This document shows, one piece after another, positions 27,350 through 38,167 of a stretch of 64,000 nucleotides of DNA (the first letter of the stretch is position 1; every line of letters starts with the position of its first letter). The position numbers and the translations under genes are program-made. This DNA is from Smithellaceae bacterium (lineage in GTDB: Bacteria; Desulfobacterota; Syntrophia; Syntrophales; Smithellaceae). Where the stretch lies: assembly GCA_963663295.2 (NCBI GenBank), contig CAXXLA010000005.1, positions 792,840 through 856,839 of the forward strand, written 5' to 3'. The notes below the pieces were generated by a model that worked only from the letters and a program-made list of their open reading frames with translations, was not told where the DNA came from and did not search any database.

Positions 27350-28117
27350 TCATAGACAACTATCGTTTTTTTCTCGTGGTTTATCAACCGGGATAAGGGT
27401 CAGGACCGCCGGCAGGGTACGGCCTGACATCTTCTTAAACTGGGAAAAAGTCATATCCCTGGCCGGGCGAAGCCCCTCATCATAGTAGTGCATAACTATT
27501 GGAAGGTAGTCAGAATGCCGGACGACAATTTCCACTTTTCCCCATACCACGGGAGCATCAGGCTGCGGAATACAGGAGAGTTCGATTACATTTTCTCCTT
27601 TTCTCAGTCCCTGAAAGGTGATTTTACAGTTATAGTCATCCGTGAAACGGCTCTCCTTCACCAGATCGTCGTTGGTAAAGTGGGAACCCATCCAGGAGGC
27701 GGACATCATGGACGAGGGAAGTTTGATGACCCGGTTCACTTTGGGAAGGTAATTCCAGATTTCATTGCCGGCACGGAGGGTGGCCGTTCCCTTTTCTTTG
27801 AGCGGAGCAAGAATTCGAATGAGCGATTTATCCTTGCCCTTGGACCAGAATTCCAGGGAAAGCGTTCTGCTCCAATGCGCCGTGACGACCTCCATGGTCA
27901 TCATACCATGGCTCGAAGTTCCGCGGTACAGATCATCCACCTTATTCAGAATATCGCTGGCCGTGAGAGTTTCCGCCCAAGCGGGAGAAACCCCTCCGGA
28001 GATTACGAAAAATCCTGACACAAAAAAGAGTAAAAATAACTTCTGAAAAAAGAAAGATAGGTATTTCAGTCTCACCATCCGACTTCCTGATTTTTTTTCC
28101 CGAAGATCATAGTTCAT
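27350..28117 (-). CDS. LolA-like outer-membrane lipoprotein-sorting / carrier-fold protein
   Basis: Signal peptide, then a pattern typical of LolA-like DUF proteins encoded next to FtsX-type ABC systems. The alternative start at 28078 also has an RBS. Confidence 0.55.
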   Translation of the reverse strand: MNYDLREKKSGSRMVRLKYLSFFFQKLFLLFFVSGFFVISGGVSPAWAETLTASDILNKVDDLYRGTSSHGMMTMEVVTAHWSRTLSLEFWSKGKDKSLIRILAPLKEKGTATLRAGNEIWNYLPKVNRVIKLPSSMMSASWMGSHFTNDDLVKESRFTDDYNCKITFQGLRKGENVIELSCIPQPDAPVVWGKVEIVVRHSDYLPIVMHYYDEGLRPARDMTFSQFKKMSGRTLPAVLTLIPVDKPREKNDSCL

Positions 28118-28306
28118 GAGAATAGCTTCTCCTTTACTTTACTTTCAGGAACACGTGCCGCATGAAATCAACCAAATTGGAGAGACATCCTCCTTACCAT
28201 GAGATTGAATATTGATTGATGATTGACAGGAACTTCTTGTTGATTGGAGTATAAAAGGCGCTTTCTTGCGTGTCAAGAGAATCTTGGCGCTAGAGCCTTT
28301 TTATTA

Positions 28307-28335
28307 TTGACATCACAAATCCCTTCTCCTAAAAT
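28307..28335 (+). promoter_or_regulatory. sigma-70-type promoter upstream of mgtA
   Basis: TTGACA (28307-28312), 17-nt spacer, TAAAAT (28330-28335), about 70 nt before the ATG. Confidence 0.5.
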
Positions 28336-28406
28336 ATTCAAAGTGAATGTTACGCCTGTGTATAAGCAGAATTAACCACTAATATGACCCATCACATTAG
28401 GCCGCT

Positions 28407-30929
28407 ATGATTGAACAACCACCTGTTTACTGGAATATTCCCCAGACAGATTTACTAACCAGGCTTGATACCAGGCAGGAAGGATTAAGCGGCGAGGATG
28501 CAAAGCGACGTCTGATTAACTATGGCGCTAATCTCCTGAAACCATCAAAACGATCTGATACGCTTTCGTTGCTGATCGCTCAATTCAAGAGCCCCATTAT
28601 CCTGACTCTTGTGTTTGCCGCAGGATTATCTATTTTCCTTCAAGACCCCGTCGATGCTGTTATTATTATTTTTATCGTTTTGATCAGTGGTCTTTTGGGA
28701 TTCTGGCAGGAACGGGGTGCTGTCGATGCTGTGGAAAAACTCCTCGCCATGGTCAGTATCAAAACTACCGTTCTCCGTGACGGGAAAATGAAAGATATTC
28801 CACTTGAAGATGTTGTTCCCGGAGATATTCTTATCCTGAATGCCGGTGACGCCATTCCGGCCGATAGTCTGATTCTTGAATCAAAGGATTTCTTTGTAGA
28901 TGAAGCAACATTGACAGGCGAAACCTACCCCGTCGATAAGGGGAGTGGACTATTCCCGGCGGAAACACCTCTCAGCGGGCGCACGAATTGCCTCTTTATG
29001 GGAACTCATGCCATCAGCGGTACAGCCAGGGCGGTTGTGATTTTTACAGGAAAACAGGCAGAATTCGGAAAGATATCCGAGAGGCTTAAGCTAAGACCAC
29101 AGGAAACAGAATTTGAGCGCGGTATCCATCAGTTTGGATATTTTCTGCTCGAAGTGACCTTGGCTCTGGTGATCGTGGTATTTGCGATCAATGTTTTTTT
29201 TCATAAACCGGTTTTGGAATCGTTTCTTTTCTCGCTGGCTCTGGCAGTGGGGCTAACACCACAACTGCTGCCGGCCATCATCAGCATTAACCTGGCCCAC
29301 GGCGCCAAGAAGATGGCAGGGCAAAAAGTCATTGTTAAGCGATTGGCTGCTATTGAGAATTTCGGTAGCATGGATGTACTGTGTTCGGATAAGACAGGAA
29401 CCCTGACCGAAGGAAAAGTAAGAATGCATTCGGTATTAGATCTTGAGGGCAATGCAAGTGACAGAATATTCTTTCACGCCTACCTGAACGCCTTTTTCGA
29501 ACAAGGCTTTTCCAACCCTGTTGACGAAGCCATCCTGTCTTACAAACAGCAGGATATCTCCGGATATAAAAAGACAGATGAAGTGCCTTATGATTTCATT
29601 CGCAAGCGTTTGAGTGTTCTGGTTGAAAAAGACAGCAGGTATTTGATGGTAACCAAAGGAACACTGCCCAATATCATTTCCGTCTGTTCATTGGCTGAAA
29701 CACCAAAGGGAGATAATATAGCCATCACCGGGGTGATGCAGCAGATACAGAAGAGATTCGAGATGCTCAGCAGTCAGGGTTTTCGTCTGCTCGGCCTGGC
29801 TTATAAGGATATGGGCGAACAAGCCGTTATTAATAAAGATGCTGAGTCCGACATGATATTTCTTGGTTTTCTGCTTTTCTTCGATCCGCCCAAAAAAGGA
29901 ATTGCCGAAGCAATTGGCAGCCTCAAGCAGCTCGGTGTTTCTCTTAAAATCATTACCGGGGATAACCGTCTTGTTGCCGCCAAGGTGAGTCATGATATTG
30001 GGATGACTGATGCAAAAATTCTTTCCGGAAGCGAAATACACAAAATAAGCGATGCCGCACTTTTAAGAAAAGTAGTGGAAACGGACATTTTTGCAGAAGT
30101 AGAACCCAATCAGAAAGAACGAATTATTCTGGCACTCCGGAAGGCAGGGCATGTAGTGGGATATATGGGGGATGGAATTAATGATGCGTCAGCCCTTCAT
30201 GCGTCTGATGTAGGTATTTCAGTGGATACGGCGGCTGATGTTGCAAAGGAATCGGCCGATATTGTGCTCCTGGAAAAGGATCTTGCTGTTTTGGCGCAAG
30301 GTGTGAGAGCAGGAAGGACAACCTTTGCCAATACCCTGAAGTACGTTTTTATGGCCACCAGCGCTAATTTCGGTAACATGTTCAGTATGGCCGGGGCTTC
30401 TCTATTCCTTTCTTTTCTCCCTCTGTTGCCTAAACAGATCCTTTTGACAAATCTGATGACCGATTTTCCGGAAATGACCATAGCCGCGGATCATGTAGAT
30501 AGTGAAATGGTTGAAAAGCCCCGTCGATGGAATATTGCCTTCATAAAAAAATTCATGATTACCTTTGGTATCGTCAGTTCTATTTTTGATTATCTGACCT
30601 TCGGTGTATTAATATGGATTATGCATGCAACACAAGCGCAGTTTCAGACTGGTTGGTTCATGGAATCAGTAATTTCTGCTTCGCTTATCGTCCTGGTCAT
30701 CCGCAGCAGGAGGCCTTTCTTTAAGAGCCGTCCAGGGAAATATTTGTTAATAGCCACAATTATTATCGCTCTTGTCACTCTTATTTTACCTTTTACACCT
30801 ATCAGCAAAATATTTGGCTTCGTATCTCTTCCCGTGTCGTTTCTGTTAATGATGGGGCTTATTATCGTGCTTTATATATTGATGGCAGAGCTGGTTAAGA
30901 AAATTTTTTATCGGAAAATAGTGTCATAG
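28407..30929 (+). CDS. mgtA: magnesium-translocating P-type ATPase
   Basis: DKTGTLT phosphorylation site, TGDN, MGDGINDASAL, 10-TM layout, N-terminus and length typical of MgtA/B. Confidence 0.85.
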   Translation: MIEQPPVYWNIPQTDLLTRLDTRQEGLSGEDAKRRLINYGANLLKPSKRSDTLSLLIAQFKSPIILTLVFAAGLSIFLQDPVDAVIIIFIVLISGLLGFWQERGAVDAVEKLLAMVSIKTTVLRDGKMKDIPLEDVVPGDILILNAGDAIPADSLILESKDFFVDEATLTGETYPVDKGSGLFPAETPLSGRTNCLFMGTHAISGTARAVVIFTGKQAEFGKISERLKLRPQETEFERGIHQFGYFLLEVTLALVIVVFAINVFFHKPVLESFLFSLALAVGLTPQLLPAIISINLAHGAKKMAGQKVIVKRLAAIENFGSMDVLCSDKTGTLTEGKVRMHSVLDLEGNASDRIFFHAYLNAFFEQGFSNPVDEAILSYKQQDISGYKKTDEVPYDFIRKRLSVLVEKDSRYLMVTKGTLPNIISVCSLAETPKGDNIAITGVMQQIQKRFEMLSSQGFRLLGLAYKDMGEQAVINKDAESDMIFLGFLLFFDPPKKGIAEAIGSLKQLGVSLKIITGDNRLVAAKVSHDIGMTDAKILSGSEIHKISDAALLRKVVETDIFAEVEPNQKERIILALRKAGHVVGYMGDGINDASALHASDVGISVDTAADVAKESADIVLLEKDLAVLAQGVRAGRTTFANTLKYVFMATSANFGNMFSMAGASLFLSFLPLLPKQILLTNLMTDFPEMTIAADHVDSEMVEKPRRWNIAFIKKFMITFGIVSSIFDYLTFGVLIWIMHATQAQFQTGWFMESVISASLIVLVIRSRRPFFKSRPGKYLLIATIIIALVTLILPFTPISKIFGFVSLPVSFLLMMGLIIVLYILMAELVKKIFYRKIVS

Positions 30930-31216
30930 AAAACATAGCCATTATTAAAGTTGAAAGGATTGACTGTTGCTCCCTGTTATCCTCAAACAATAAGACTTCG
31001 GAAATATACAACTTTTCAATCAGTCATAAACGAAATTTACGGCACCTGTTATAAAATGCGTTGCAATCTGCCATAACCAAGAGTAGAAAGTAATTAAAGA
31101 ATGTACAAACACTGTGCATGTGTCACAAATATCATCAAGTCTGGTTTTCGAAATAATATTGTTCCGGAGTCTAAGTATTATCTGCTTTGAATTCTAACCT
31201 TTATAGGAGAATTATT

Positions 31217-32041
31217 ATGAAGAAAATAATTCTGCAAGGGCATTCAACGTATGATGGAGCCGGAGTTAAGTTAAATCGTATTTTCGCTCATGACCATACA
31301 AAGCTTACTGACCCCTTCCTTCTTCTTGATCATTTCGGTTCCGACAATCCCGAAGATTATATAAAAGGCTTTCCCTGGCATCCGCATCGCGGGATTGAAA
31401 CAGTGACCTACATGCTTGACGGAAGGGTTGAGCATGGCGACAGCATCGGAAATTCCGGTACGATAGGGCCGGGAGACATTCAATGGATGACCGCGGGTGG
31501 CGGAGTTATTCATCAGGAAATGCCGAAACCTTCCCAAGGAATGATGCATGGATTACAATTATGGGTCAATCTGCCAGCGAAAAATAAGATGATGGAGCCG
31601 CGCTACCGGGGAGTACTCGCAAGTGAAGTACCGGTTGTCGGGATACCGGAAGGAGAAGTGCGGGTCATAGCCGGCGCTTACCAAAATGTAAACGGCCCCG
31701 TGCGGGAACTGGTAGTCGATGTTATGTACCTGGATGTCCGGTTGAAGAAGGGTAAGTCCTTGTCGCACAACACTAAGAAAGGATACACCAGTTTTTGTTA
31801 TCTTATCGAAGGAACAGGCGAGTTTGATGATACGAAACTGGAACAGGGGCGCTTGATGTTATTCACGGAAACCGGAAATATTGCCGTGAAGGCGACCGAA
31901 GATATTCATTACATATTTGTTACCGGCGAGCAGCTCAATGAACCGATCGCCTGGGGCGGCCCAATCGTTATGAACACACAGGAAGAGCTTAATATTGCTT
32001 TCAGAGAGCTTGACGAAGGTACGTTTATCAAGCAAAAATAA
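31217..32041 (+). CDS. pirin-family protein
   Basis: FPWHPHRGIETVTYMLDG bicupin motif. ATG after AGGAGA. Confidence 0.9.
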   Translation: MKKIILQGHSTYDGAGVKLNRIFAHDHTKLTDPFLLLDHFGSDNPEDYIKGFPWHPHRGIETVTYMLDGRVEHGDSIGNSGTIGPGDIQWMTAGGGVIHQEMPKPSQGMMHGLQLWVNLPAKNKMMEPRYRGVLASEVPVVGIPEGEVRVIAGAYQNVNGPVRELVVDVMYLDVRLKKGKSLSHNTKKGYTSFCYLIEGTGEFDDTKLEQGRLMLFTETGNIAVKATEDIHYIFVTGEQLNEPIAWGGPIVMNTQEELNIAFRELDEGTFIKQK

Positions 32042-32051
32042 AAATCAGCGG

Positions 32052-33056
32052 ATGGTGCCCATGAAGATCAACAACAGACCGGAAGTCATCCTGAAGCTTG
32101 CCCGACGGTTCATGGAAAGCCGGATTCTTCTGTCAGCGGCCGAGATGAATATTTTCACTCTTTTGGATGGAACACCGTTAACGGCTGAACATCTTGCCAA
32201 CCGGCTGCATGCCGATCTGCGGGGTCTGACTATCCTTCTTGACGCTCTGGCGGCGCTGGACTTGCTTTCCAAAGAGAAAGACATGTATATAACCGCCACC
32301 GACGCCGCCCCCTTCCTTACCGATAAAAGTCCCCGGTCGGTCCTGCCGATGCTCCACCACACAGCCCACCTCTGGGAAAGCTGGTCCGAACTTACTGCCA
32401 AAGTCAAAAAGCATGGATTGACTGCCCCCCCGGCATCTTCTGCCCGTGACGCCGATGAACTTCGTGCCTTTATTGGAGCTATGCATGTAGTAGGGATGCC
32501 CCTGGCGCGGAAAATCGTAACGGCTGTCAGGTCTGGTGCGGCAAGGAATCTGATCGATGTAGGTGGAGCGTCCGGTACTTATACTATTGCTTTTCTTAAG
32601 GCTGTTCCGAAAATGAAGGCCACTCTTTTTGACAGACCTGCCGTCATCCAACTAGCCCGGAACCGCCTGATCGAAGCAAAGATGCTCGACAGGGTCCAGC
32701 TTGTGTCGGGGGATTTTTACGTGGACGAACTGCCCGGTGGGCACGACCTGGCTATGCTCTCTGCTATTATACACCAGAACAGCCCGGCGGAAAATATCGA
32801 GCTGTTCCGTAAAGTGTTGCGTGCAATGGTTTCCGGAGGGAGGATTATCATCCGCGATCACGTCATGGAACCCGATCGAACCAAACCCAGGGATGGAGCG
32901 ATTTTTGCCGTCAACATGCTCGTGAACACGGAAGGGGGCTCTACCTACACCTTCGATGAAATAAGAAATTGGCTTATGCGGGCCGGATTCGCGAATGTGC
33001 GGTTACTCAAAGTGGGAGCGCACATGGATGCATTGGTCGAAGCTTTCAAACCTTGA
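32052..33056 (+). CDS. SAM-dependent O-methyltransferase (class I, with N-terminal wHTH dimerisation domain)
   Basis: LIDVGGASGTYTIAFLK glycine-rich SAM motif. Overall COMT/Methyltransf_2-like pattern. Confidence 0.75.
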   Translation: MVPMKINNRPEVILKLARRFMESRILLSAAEMNIFTLLDGTPLTAEHLANRLHADLRGLTILLDALAALDLLSKEKDMYITATDAAPFLTDKSPRSVLPMLHHTAHLWESWSELTAKVKKHGLTAPPASSARDADELRAFIGAMHVVGMPLARKIVTAVRSGAARNLIDVGGASGTYTIAFLKAVPKMKATLFDRPAVIQLARNRLIEAKMLDRVQLVSGDFYVDELPGGHDLAMLSAIIHQNSPAENIELFRKVLRAMVSGGRIIIRDHVMEPDRTKPRDGAIFAVNMLVNTEGGSTYTFDEIRNWLMRAGFANVRLLKVGAHMDALVEAFKP

Positions 33057-33223
33057 TGTGTTGAATGTGGGAGAGATTAAGAAAGATCTTGACTATACAC
33101 AACGACCTGAAAGGAGGTGGTCAGCTGGTCCAGAAAGATTTTGCCGAATTATACGATATTTTTAGTAGAATAGGTCTTGCAACCAATCATTTCACTACAA
33201 TCTTCCAGAAAGGAGTAACCGCT

Positions 33224-33538
33224 ATGAAAAAAATGAACATCGTTATCCGCTGTTTAATGCTTCTTATGCTGATCGCCACCCTTGTGGCTTGTGCATCTAC
33301 ACCCAAACAGGAAGGTACGGGAGAATACATTGACGACTCGGTTATCACAACCAAGGTAAAATCTTTGATTGCCGCAGATGATATCCTCAAGGCATTCGAG
33401 ATCGGCGTTGAAACTCGCAAGGGTATCGTTCAGCTGAGCGGCTTTGTCGATTCTCGAAAAGCCGTCAATAAAGCAAGTGAAATCACTCGCAGCGTCAAAG
33501 GGGTCAAATCCGTAAGAAATGATCTAATTGTGAAATAG
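33224..33538 (+). CDS. BON-domain lipoprotein (OsmY-like)
   Basis: Start at MKKMNIVIRCLMLLMLIATLVAC after AGGAG. BON pattern VETRKGIVQLSGFVDSRKAVNKASEITRSVKGVKSVRNDL. Confidence 0.85.
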   Translation: MKKMNIVIRCLMLLMLIATLVACASTPKQEGTGEYIDDSVITTKVKSLIAADDILKAFEIGVETRKGIVQLSGFVDSRKAVNKASEITRSVKGVKSVRNDLIVK

Positions 33539-33766
33539 GCAACCGTTATCCTTTCCCGGATGGAGCATGGCGACCATTGGAAAAATATGGATCGACTTGC
33601 CCCCGAAATTGTACCACACTTAAGAATGGACTTACGCTATCGGCTGCTGAAAGCAGGGTTAGAAATAACCCTGCTTTTCTATTGATATTTTCAAGATGTA
33701 TTTTCTGTTGTTTCAAGAGTGGAATTGTAATAAAATTATATCCGGCATTAACGGGAGGGAGCCATA

Positions 33767-35110
33767 ATGTTTTCTTTTCGCATGATACTTATATTCCTGG
33801 CAGCATATGCATCAATGACAACTTTTGCATTTTGCCATGATTTCCATGAATCTGACTCCCAGGTATGGAAAGTCGGACAGCGGCGGTGGACGATTCAAGA
33901 GGAGTATAATTATGCTAATTGGATAGAAACAAATATTACGGAAGATTTTTTTCTTCGCCATAAAATTCCCGTGGATTGTGCCGATGTACCCTATGCAATC
34001 CGCTGGATTTATGCGCGTATTTCATATCTGCCGGCGGCTGCCACGACAAGTAATAAACGCTTGATAGGAAACTGGTCAAAGAATTGGGGACATCTCCCTA
34101 CCGACAAAACATGGTATAAGGACCGACGCTTTCGGGCGGCGTTGATGGCCATGCTATCGACGACATCGACGCGAACCCTGCCCTTCGATACCTACCCTAT
34201 ACGCATTGCTACCGATTCCTTGACGGTTGGAACTGCTTTCCTTATCTCCGAAGAGCATTCAGGCATCGTCAGTCATATTGTCATGGATGGAAGTACGACT
34301 CACCCGGTCCAGACGTTTGAAGCCGGTATGCCTACAAGGGTCCAGAGGCTTTACCTCAGGAATTTCATTTCACCTAACCTGGACTCTGATCATATTTCCG
34401 GTTTTTTAAAATTTCGGTGGCCGATAGCGGAAGGCAATCGGTGGCATTATCTTCCGGTAAAGCAGCATCCCTTCTATTCAGATGAACAGTATTCGCCAGC
34501 TTTCACTGCAGGATATGACGACTATCTCGAAGCAGTAGCAAAGCGGATCGACCCTAAAGTCTATGACCCCAATGAAAAGGCGCAACAAGTTATCAATACC
34601 CTCACTCGCCGGTTAACACAAAGGATACCAATCGTTCTCGACGGCAACAAGAAATGCCATGAAGTTCGCTGCCCGGAAGATTCACTTAATTGGCAAATAT
34701 ACAGTACGCCCAACCGGGATGAATTTATCGGGACTATGATTGACCATCTGGAAGAAATTATCAGGAAGAATCATTTGGACCGGAATGCCATTCTCGACAA
34801 AATGGCGGACATTCGCCTGCAAATTTCTCCCGACCGATTTATTACCATGCAATACATATTTCAGAATTTCAAATGGCTATCTTCGGATCCCGAAGCTACA
34901 ATCGATGCCCGTTGGGGGCTGGACAAATGCAGCATAATAGCCATTCATTTGAAGAGTGCACAGGAATCCATTTCATTTATCAGGAAGAAGTACAGCAAGA
35001 CAGATCCTCGTTTTGCTGAAAGTTCCATCCGGACACAACAGACGATTGTGGATGAGATGACCAGGGAAAGTCAGAAAAACAAATGCGCGATAGGTTCTCA
35101 TCGATATTGA
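33767..35110 (+). CDS. hypothetical secreted protein
   Basis: Signal peptide. Strong RBS GGGAGGGAG. VDCADVPYAIRWIY and EEHSGIVSHIV hint at a papain-like Cys/His pair, but this is unverified. Confidence 0.55.
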   Translation: MFSFRMILIFLAAYASMTTFAFCHDFHESDSQVWKVGQRRWTIQEEYNYANWIETNITEDFFLRHKIPVDCADVPYAIRWIYARISYLPAAATTSNKRLIGNWSKNWGHLPTDKTWYKDRRFRAALMAMLSTTSTRTLPFDTYPIRIATDSLTVGTAFLISEEHSGIVSHIVMDGSTTHPVQTFEAGMPTRVQRLYLRNFISPNLDSDHISGFLKFRWPIAEGNRWHYLPVKQHPFYSDEQYSPAFTAGYDDYLEAVAKRIDPKVYDPNEKAQQVINTLTRRLTQRIPIVLDGNKKCHEVRCPEDSLNWQIYSTPNRDEFIGTMIDHLEEIIRKNHLDRNAILDKMADIRLQISPDRFITMQYIFQNFKWLSSDPEATIDARWGLDKCSIIAIHLKSAQESISFIRKKYSKTDPRFAESSIRTQQTIVDEMTRESQKNKCAIGSHRY

Positions 35111-35286
35111 GTGCTGAAAACCATTTTATAATAATGCGTCCAACTTACAAGTAGTAATCAATGAAAGATTCGATTGACTTTTTTACGAATTACAGGCACA
35201 TAAAATAGAATATAAATAAGGTATTGTCAATAAGTTAACTAATAGCATGACCCTTTTTTGAAAGGACATGATATCGGCTAATGATT

Positions 35287-35320
35287 AAAACCCCGCTTCC
35301 GAAAAGATGCGGGGTTTTGT
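35287..35320. terminator. rho-independent terminator (A-run, hairpin, T-run)
   Basis: AAAA-CCCCGC-TTCCGAAAAGAT-GCGGGG-TTTT. Confidence 0.6.
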
Positions 35321-35378
35321 GTTTTGTGCAGACGTCGTTACCAAATTTATTGATTCATTAACCGGAAAGGAGCTTCTT

Positions 35379-35582
35379 ATGAAAAAGAACATGGGAACCA
35401 TTGACAGGGTTATTCGAATTTTGTTGGCCATCGTTGTCGGTATTCTTTATCTGACCGGCAACATTTCAGGTGTTGCAGCCATTATTCTGGGCATACTGGC
35501 GGTTGTATTTATTTTGACGAGTGCAATCGGCTTCTGCCCGCTTTACGTACCTTTCCATATTTCCACCATCGGGAAAAAGTGA
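35379..35582 (+). CDS. DUF2892 (YgaP-like) small membrane protein
   Basis: GTIDRVIRILLAIVVGILYL...SAIGFCPLY is the typical DUF2892 signature. Confidence 0.8.
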   Translation: MKKNMGTIDRVIRILLAIVVGILYLTGNISGVAAIILGILAVVFILTSAIGFCPLYVPFHISTIGKK

Positions 35583-35664
35583 GGGAGGATATACAGAGGC
35601 AATTTGAAAATGGAATTACATCGCCCATTTGGAAAGATGCGGGATGAAAGGAGGGAATCTTAAA

Positions 35665-37056
35665 ATGGCCTTGCCTGTTTTCAGCTTTCGACTGGTGCTC
35701 TCTGCATTTGCCATAATCACCTTTCTTGTTCTGCATAGTTTTGCCGATCCTGCGAGAGCCGATGGACAGGTGATGATGACGCGCGTGTCCATTGTCGAAG
35801 CCGTTTTAAAAGCCCTGGAAAATAATCATGAGATCAACGCCATGAAGAGCTCATCGGCTATGGGCCGGCAGGATATCGGCATCGCCCGCAGTTATCTTTT
35901 GCCCAGAATATCCATCGAGGAACGATACCTGCGGACGAACAATCCCGGTTATGCTTTTATGTCCAAACTCAACCAGGCCAGAATTGAGACGCAGGATTTC
36001 AATCCTGATACTCTGAATAATCCTGATGCGATCAACGATTATCAATCCTCCATCACCATTGAGCAACCCATCGTCGCAAAAAAAGCTCTTATCGGCCTGG
36101 ATATGTCCAGGACTGAATCAAAGGCAAAAGATGAAGAAGTCAGGCGAAAGCAGGAAGAAATTGCTTTCCAGGTCGTTAAGGCCTGTTTAAACGTTTTGAC
36201 CGCAAAAGAATACGTGCGGGTGGCCATGCTCGGGGTGGTGGATGCGCAGGAACACTTGCGGGTAGCAGATCTCCGCTACAAAAATGACCTGGGTCAATAT
36301 TCTGATTCTCTGCGTGCCACGACATCGTTAACGGAGGCCCGGCAGAAGCTCAACATCGCTCAAAAAAATATCAGTCTGGGCAAACGCGGCCTGGGCCTTC
36401 TGCTGGCTACAACGGATTCATTTGACGTGGAGGATTCTTCTTATAACCTTAGTCTGAAAGAACTGTCATTTTATACAAAAGCTGCCGATGCGCGGGGTGA
36501 TTTGCGCGCCGTTGAATTACGCGGTGAAAATGCAAAACAGAATATCCGCATGGCTGAAGCCGGTTATTTTCCTTATCTTGGTGTCGGTGGAACCTATCAG
36601 CTTAATGATCATAACCAGCCCCTGGGCTCTGAAGGTAAAAGCTGGCAGGTGATGATGTTTCTGCGCTGGGAATTGTTTGACGGAACAAAACGCGAATATG
36701 AACGGGCGAAAGCCAAGCATCAGGAATCCCAGGCCAGAGAATATCTTGCCGCTATAAAAAAAGGCATCTCCTTTAAGATTTATGAAGCCTATATGAATGT
36801 CGAAGAGGCCCGACAAAATATTGAACTGGCAGAGGAGACTCTGAAAACGGCGGAAGAGGGCGCGAGGCTTCTGAAGTTGCGCTATGAGAACGGACTTTCG
36901 TCCCTGAGTGATCTTTTAAATACGCAGACCAGTCTGGAGCAGGCGCGGGCAGGTGTTGTCGAGCGTTCGAACGCTTATAAAACAGCGCTGGCCGCTTTGA
37001 GTTTTGAGAGCGGAACAATTTTACAGGACTTGAATATTGACAAAACAGTCCGTTGA
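35665..37056 (+). CDS. TolC-family outer-membrane efflux protein
   Basis: Signal peptide MALPVFSF... after AGGAGG. Two OEP repeats (ARSYLLPRISIEERY, AGYFPYLGVGGTY). Confidence 0.85.
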   Translation: MALPVFSFRLVLSAFAIITFLVLHSFADPARADGQVMMTRVSIVEAVLKALENNHEINAMKSSSAMGRQDIGIARSYLLPRISIEERYLRTNNPGYAFMSKLNQARIETQDFNPDTLNNPDAINDYQSSITIEQPIVAKKALIGLDMSRTESKAKDEEVRRKQEEIAFQVVKACLNVLTAKEYVRVAMLGVVDAQEHLRVADLRYKNDLGQYSDSLRATTSLTEARQKLNIAQKNISLGKRGLGLLLATTDSFDVEDSSYNLSLKELSFYTKAADARGDLRAVELRGENAKQNIRMAEAGYFPYLGVGGTYQLNDHNQPLGSEGKSWQVMMFLRWELFDGTKREYERAKAKHQESQAREYLAAIKKGISFKIYEAYMNVEEARQNIELAEETLKTAEEGARLLKLRYENGLSSLSDLLNTQTSLEQARAGVVERSNAYKTALAALSFESGTILQDLNIDKTVR

Positions 37057-37069
37057 CGGAGAAGCAATC

Positions 37070-38167
37070 ATGGAAAATCTGAACAATCGCAAATGGATAA
37101 CTTTTTGCTTGCCGGCAGTCATGGTTTTATTGATCAGTCTGAGTCCCGCCTGTAAAGGGAAGAGCCGGGAAGAAGCGGTGAAACGGCCAGCTGTCGATCA
37201 GGTCAAGATCGTCAAGGTTGCTCCCTCCACAGTTGATGAAATATACGAAACAACGGGCAATGTCCGTTCCGACCGCGTGAGTCAGGTGGCGAGCCGGGCT
37301 ATGGGTGTTGTTACGTCCCTGCTTGTGCAGGAAGGAGATTTTGTCAAAGTCGGCCAGTTGCTTCTGACCCTGGATGACCGGGATGCCTCTCAGCGCTTGC
37401 AAGCCGCCAACATGACTCTTGAATCCGCAAAACAAAATAAAATACTCCAGGAGACTACCTGGAAGCGTTACAAAAACCTCTTTGAAGAAAAGGCGCTTTC
37501 GCGCCAGGAGATGGATCAGATCGAGACGCAGAAAAAGGTGGCTCAGGCGGAATATGAACGAGCGAAAGCAATGGCTGATGAGGTCCGGACGTATCAGTCA
37601 TTTACCCATGTCAAAGCGCCTGTTTCCGGACGGATTACGCAAAAACTGATTGATGCAGGCAGCATGGCCTCTCCGGGCATGCCGTTGCTCCTGATTGAGG
37701 AAAGCGGCAGTTTCTATGTGGAAGCGGCCGTTGATGAGCGATTAAGAGACAAAATAAAATCCGGCATGGATGCCGAACTGATTATAGATAGTTCCGGTGT
37801 TTCCCAACACGGAACCATCCGTCAGGTTCTGCCCTCCATCGATCCTCTTTCCCGGACATTTATCGTGAAAATCAATCCTGGAAGCGGGCAAGCCCGCAGC
37901 GGTCTTTTTGTCCGCGTCAGGATTCCTGTCGGCAAAAAAGAAGTCATTGTGGTTCCTCAAAAAGCCATTGTCCAAAAGGGGCAGTTGACGGGCGTTTATG
38001 TTGTGGATGATCACGGCATAGTTACATACCGTTTGATCCGCATGGGTACGACGTATGCAGGCGGCACGGAAATCTTGTCGGGCCTTGCTTCGGGCGACCG
38101 GCTGATTATTGAAGGCATTGAGCGGGCACAAGACGGGGGCATCATCACCGGAGGAACGGCAAAATGA
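37070..38167 (+). CDS. efflux RND periplasmic adaptor (MFP/HlyD family)
   Basis: Lipoprotein-like N-terminus. Barrel-sandwich, hairpin and beta-barrel pattern ([18 protein letters not shown]). Overlaps the RND gene by 4 nt. Confidence 0.85.
   Translation: MENLNNRKWITFCLPAVMVLLISLSPACKGKSREEAVKRPAVDQVKIVKVAPSTVDEIYETTGNVRSDRVSQVASRAMGVVTSLLVQEGDFVKVGQLLLTLDDRDASQRLQAANMTLESAKQNKILQETTWKRYKNLFEEKALSRQEMDQIETQKKVAQAEYERAKAMADEVRTYQSFTHVKAPVSGRITQKLIDAGSMASPGMPLLLIEESGSFYVEAAVDERLRDKIKSGMDAELIIDSSGVSQHGTIRQVLPSIDPLSRTFIVKINPGSGQARSGLFVRVRIPVGKKEVIVVPQKAIVQKGQLTGVYVVDDHGIVTYRLIRMGTTYAGGTEILSGLASGDRLIIEGIERAQDGGIITGGTAK

Noticed and set aside
28118-28406. Mg2+-sensing riboswitch or leader peptide upstream of mgtA
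   Set aside because: I could not recognise M-box conserved helices or a proline-rich leader ORF by eye. Only a promoter-like TTGACA, 17-nt spacer, TAAAAT is supportable. A covariance-model scan (Rfam ykoK/M-box and the mgtA leader) would be needed.
33577-33840. 87-aa ORF upstream of and overlapping the 447-aa secreted-protein gene
   Set aside because: It overlaps the strong RBS and start of the downstream gene in another frame, and I recognise no signal or motif.
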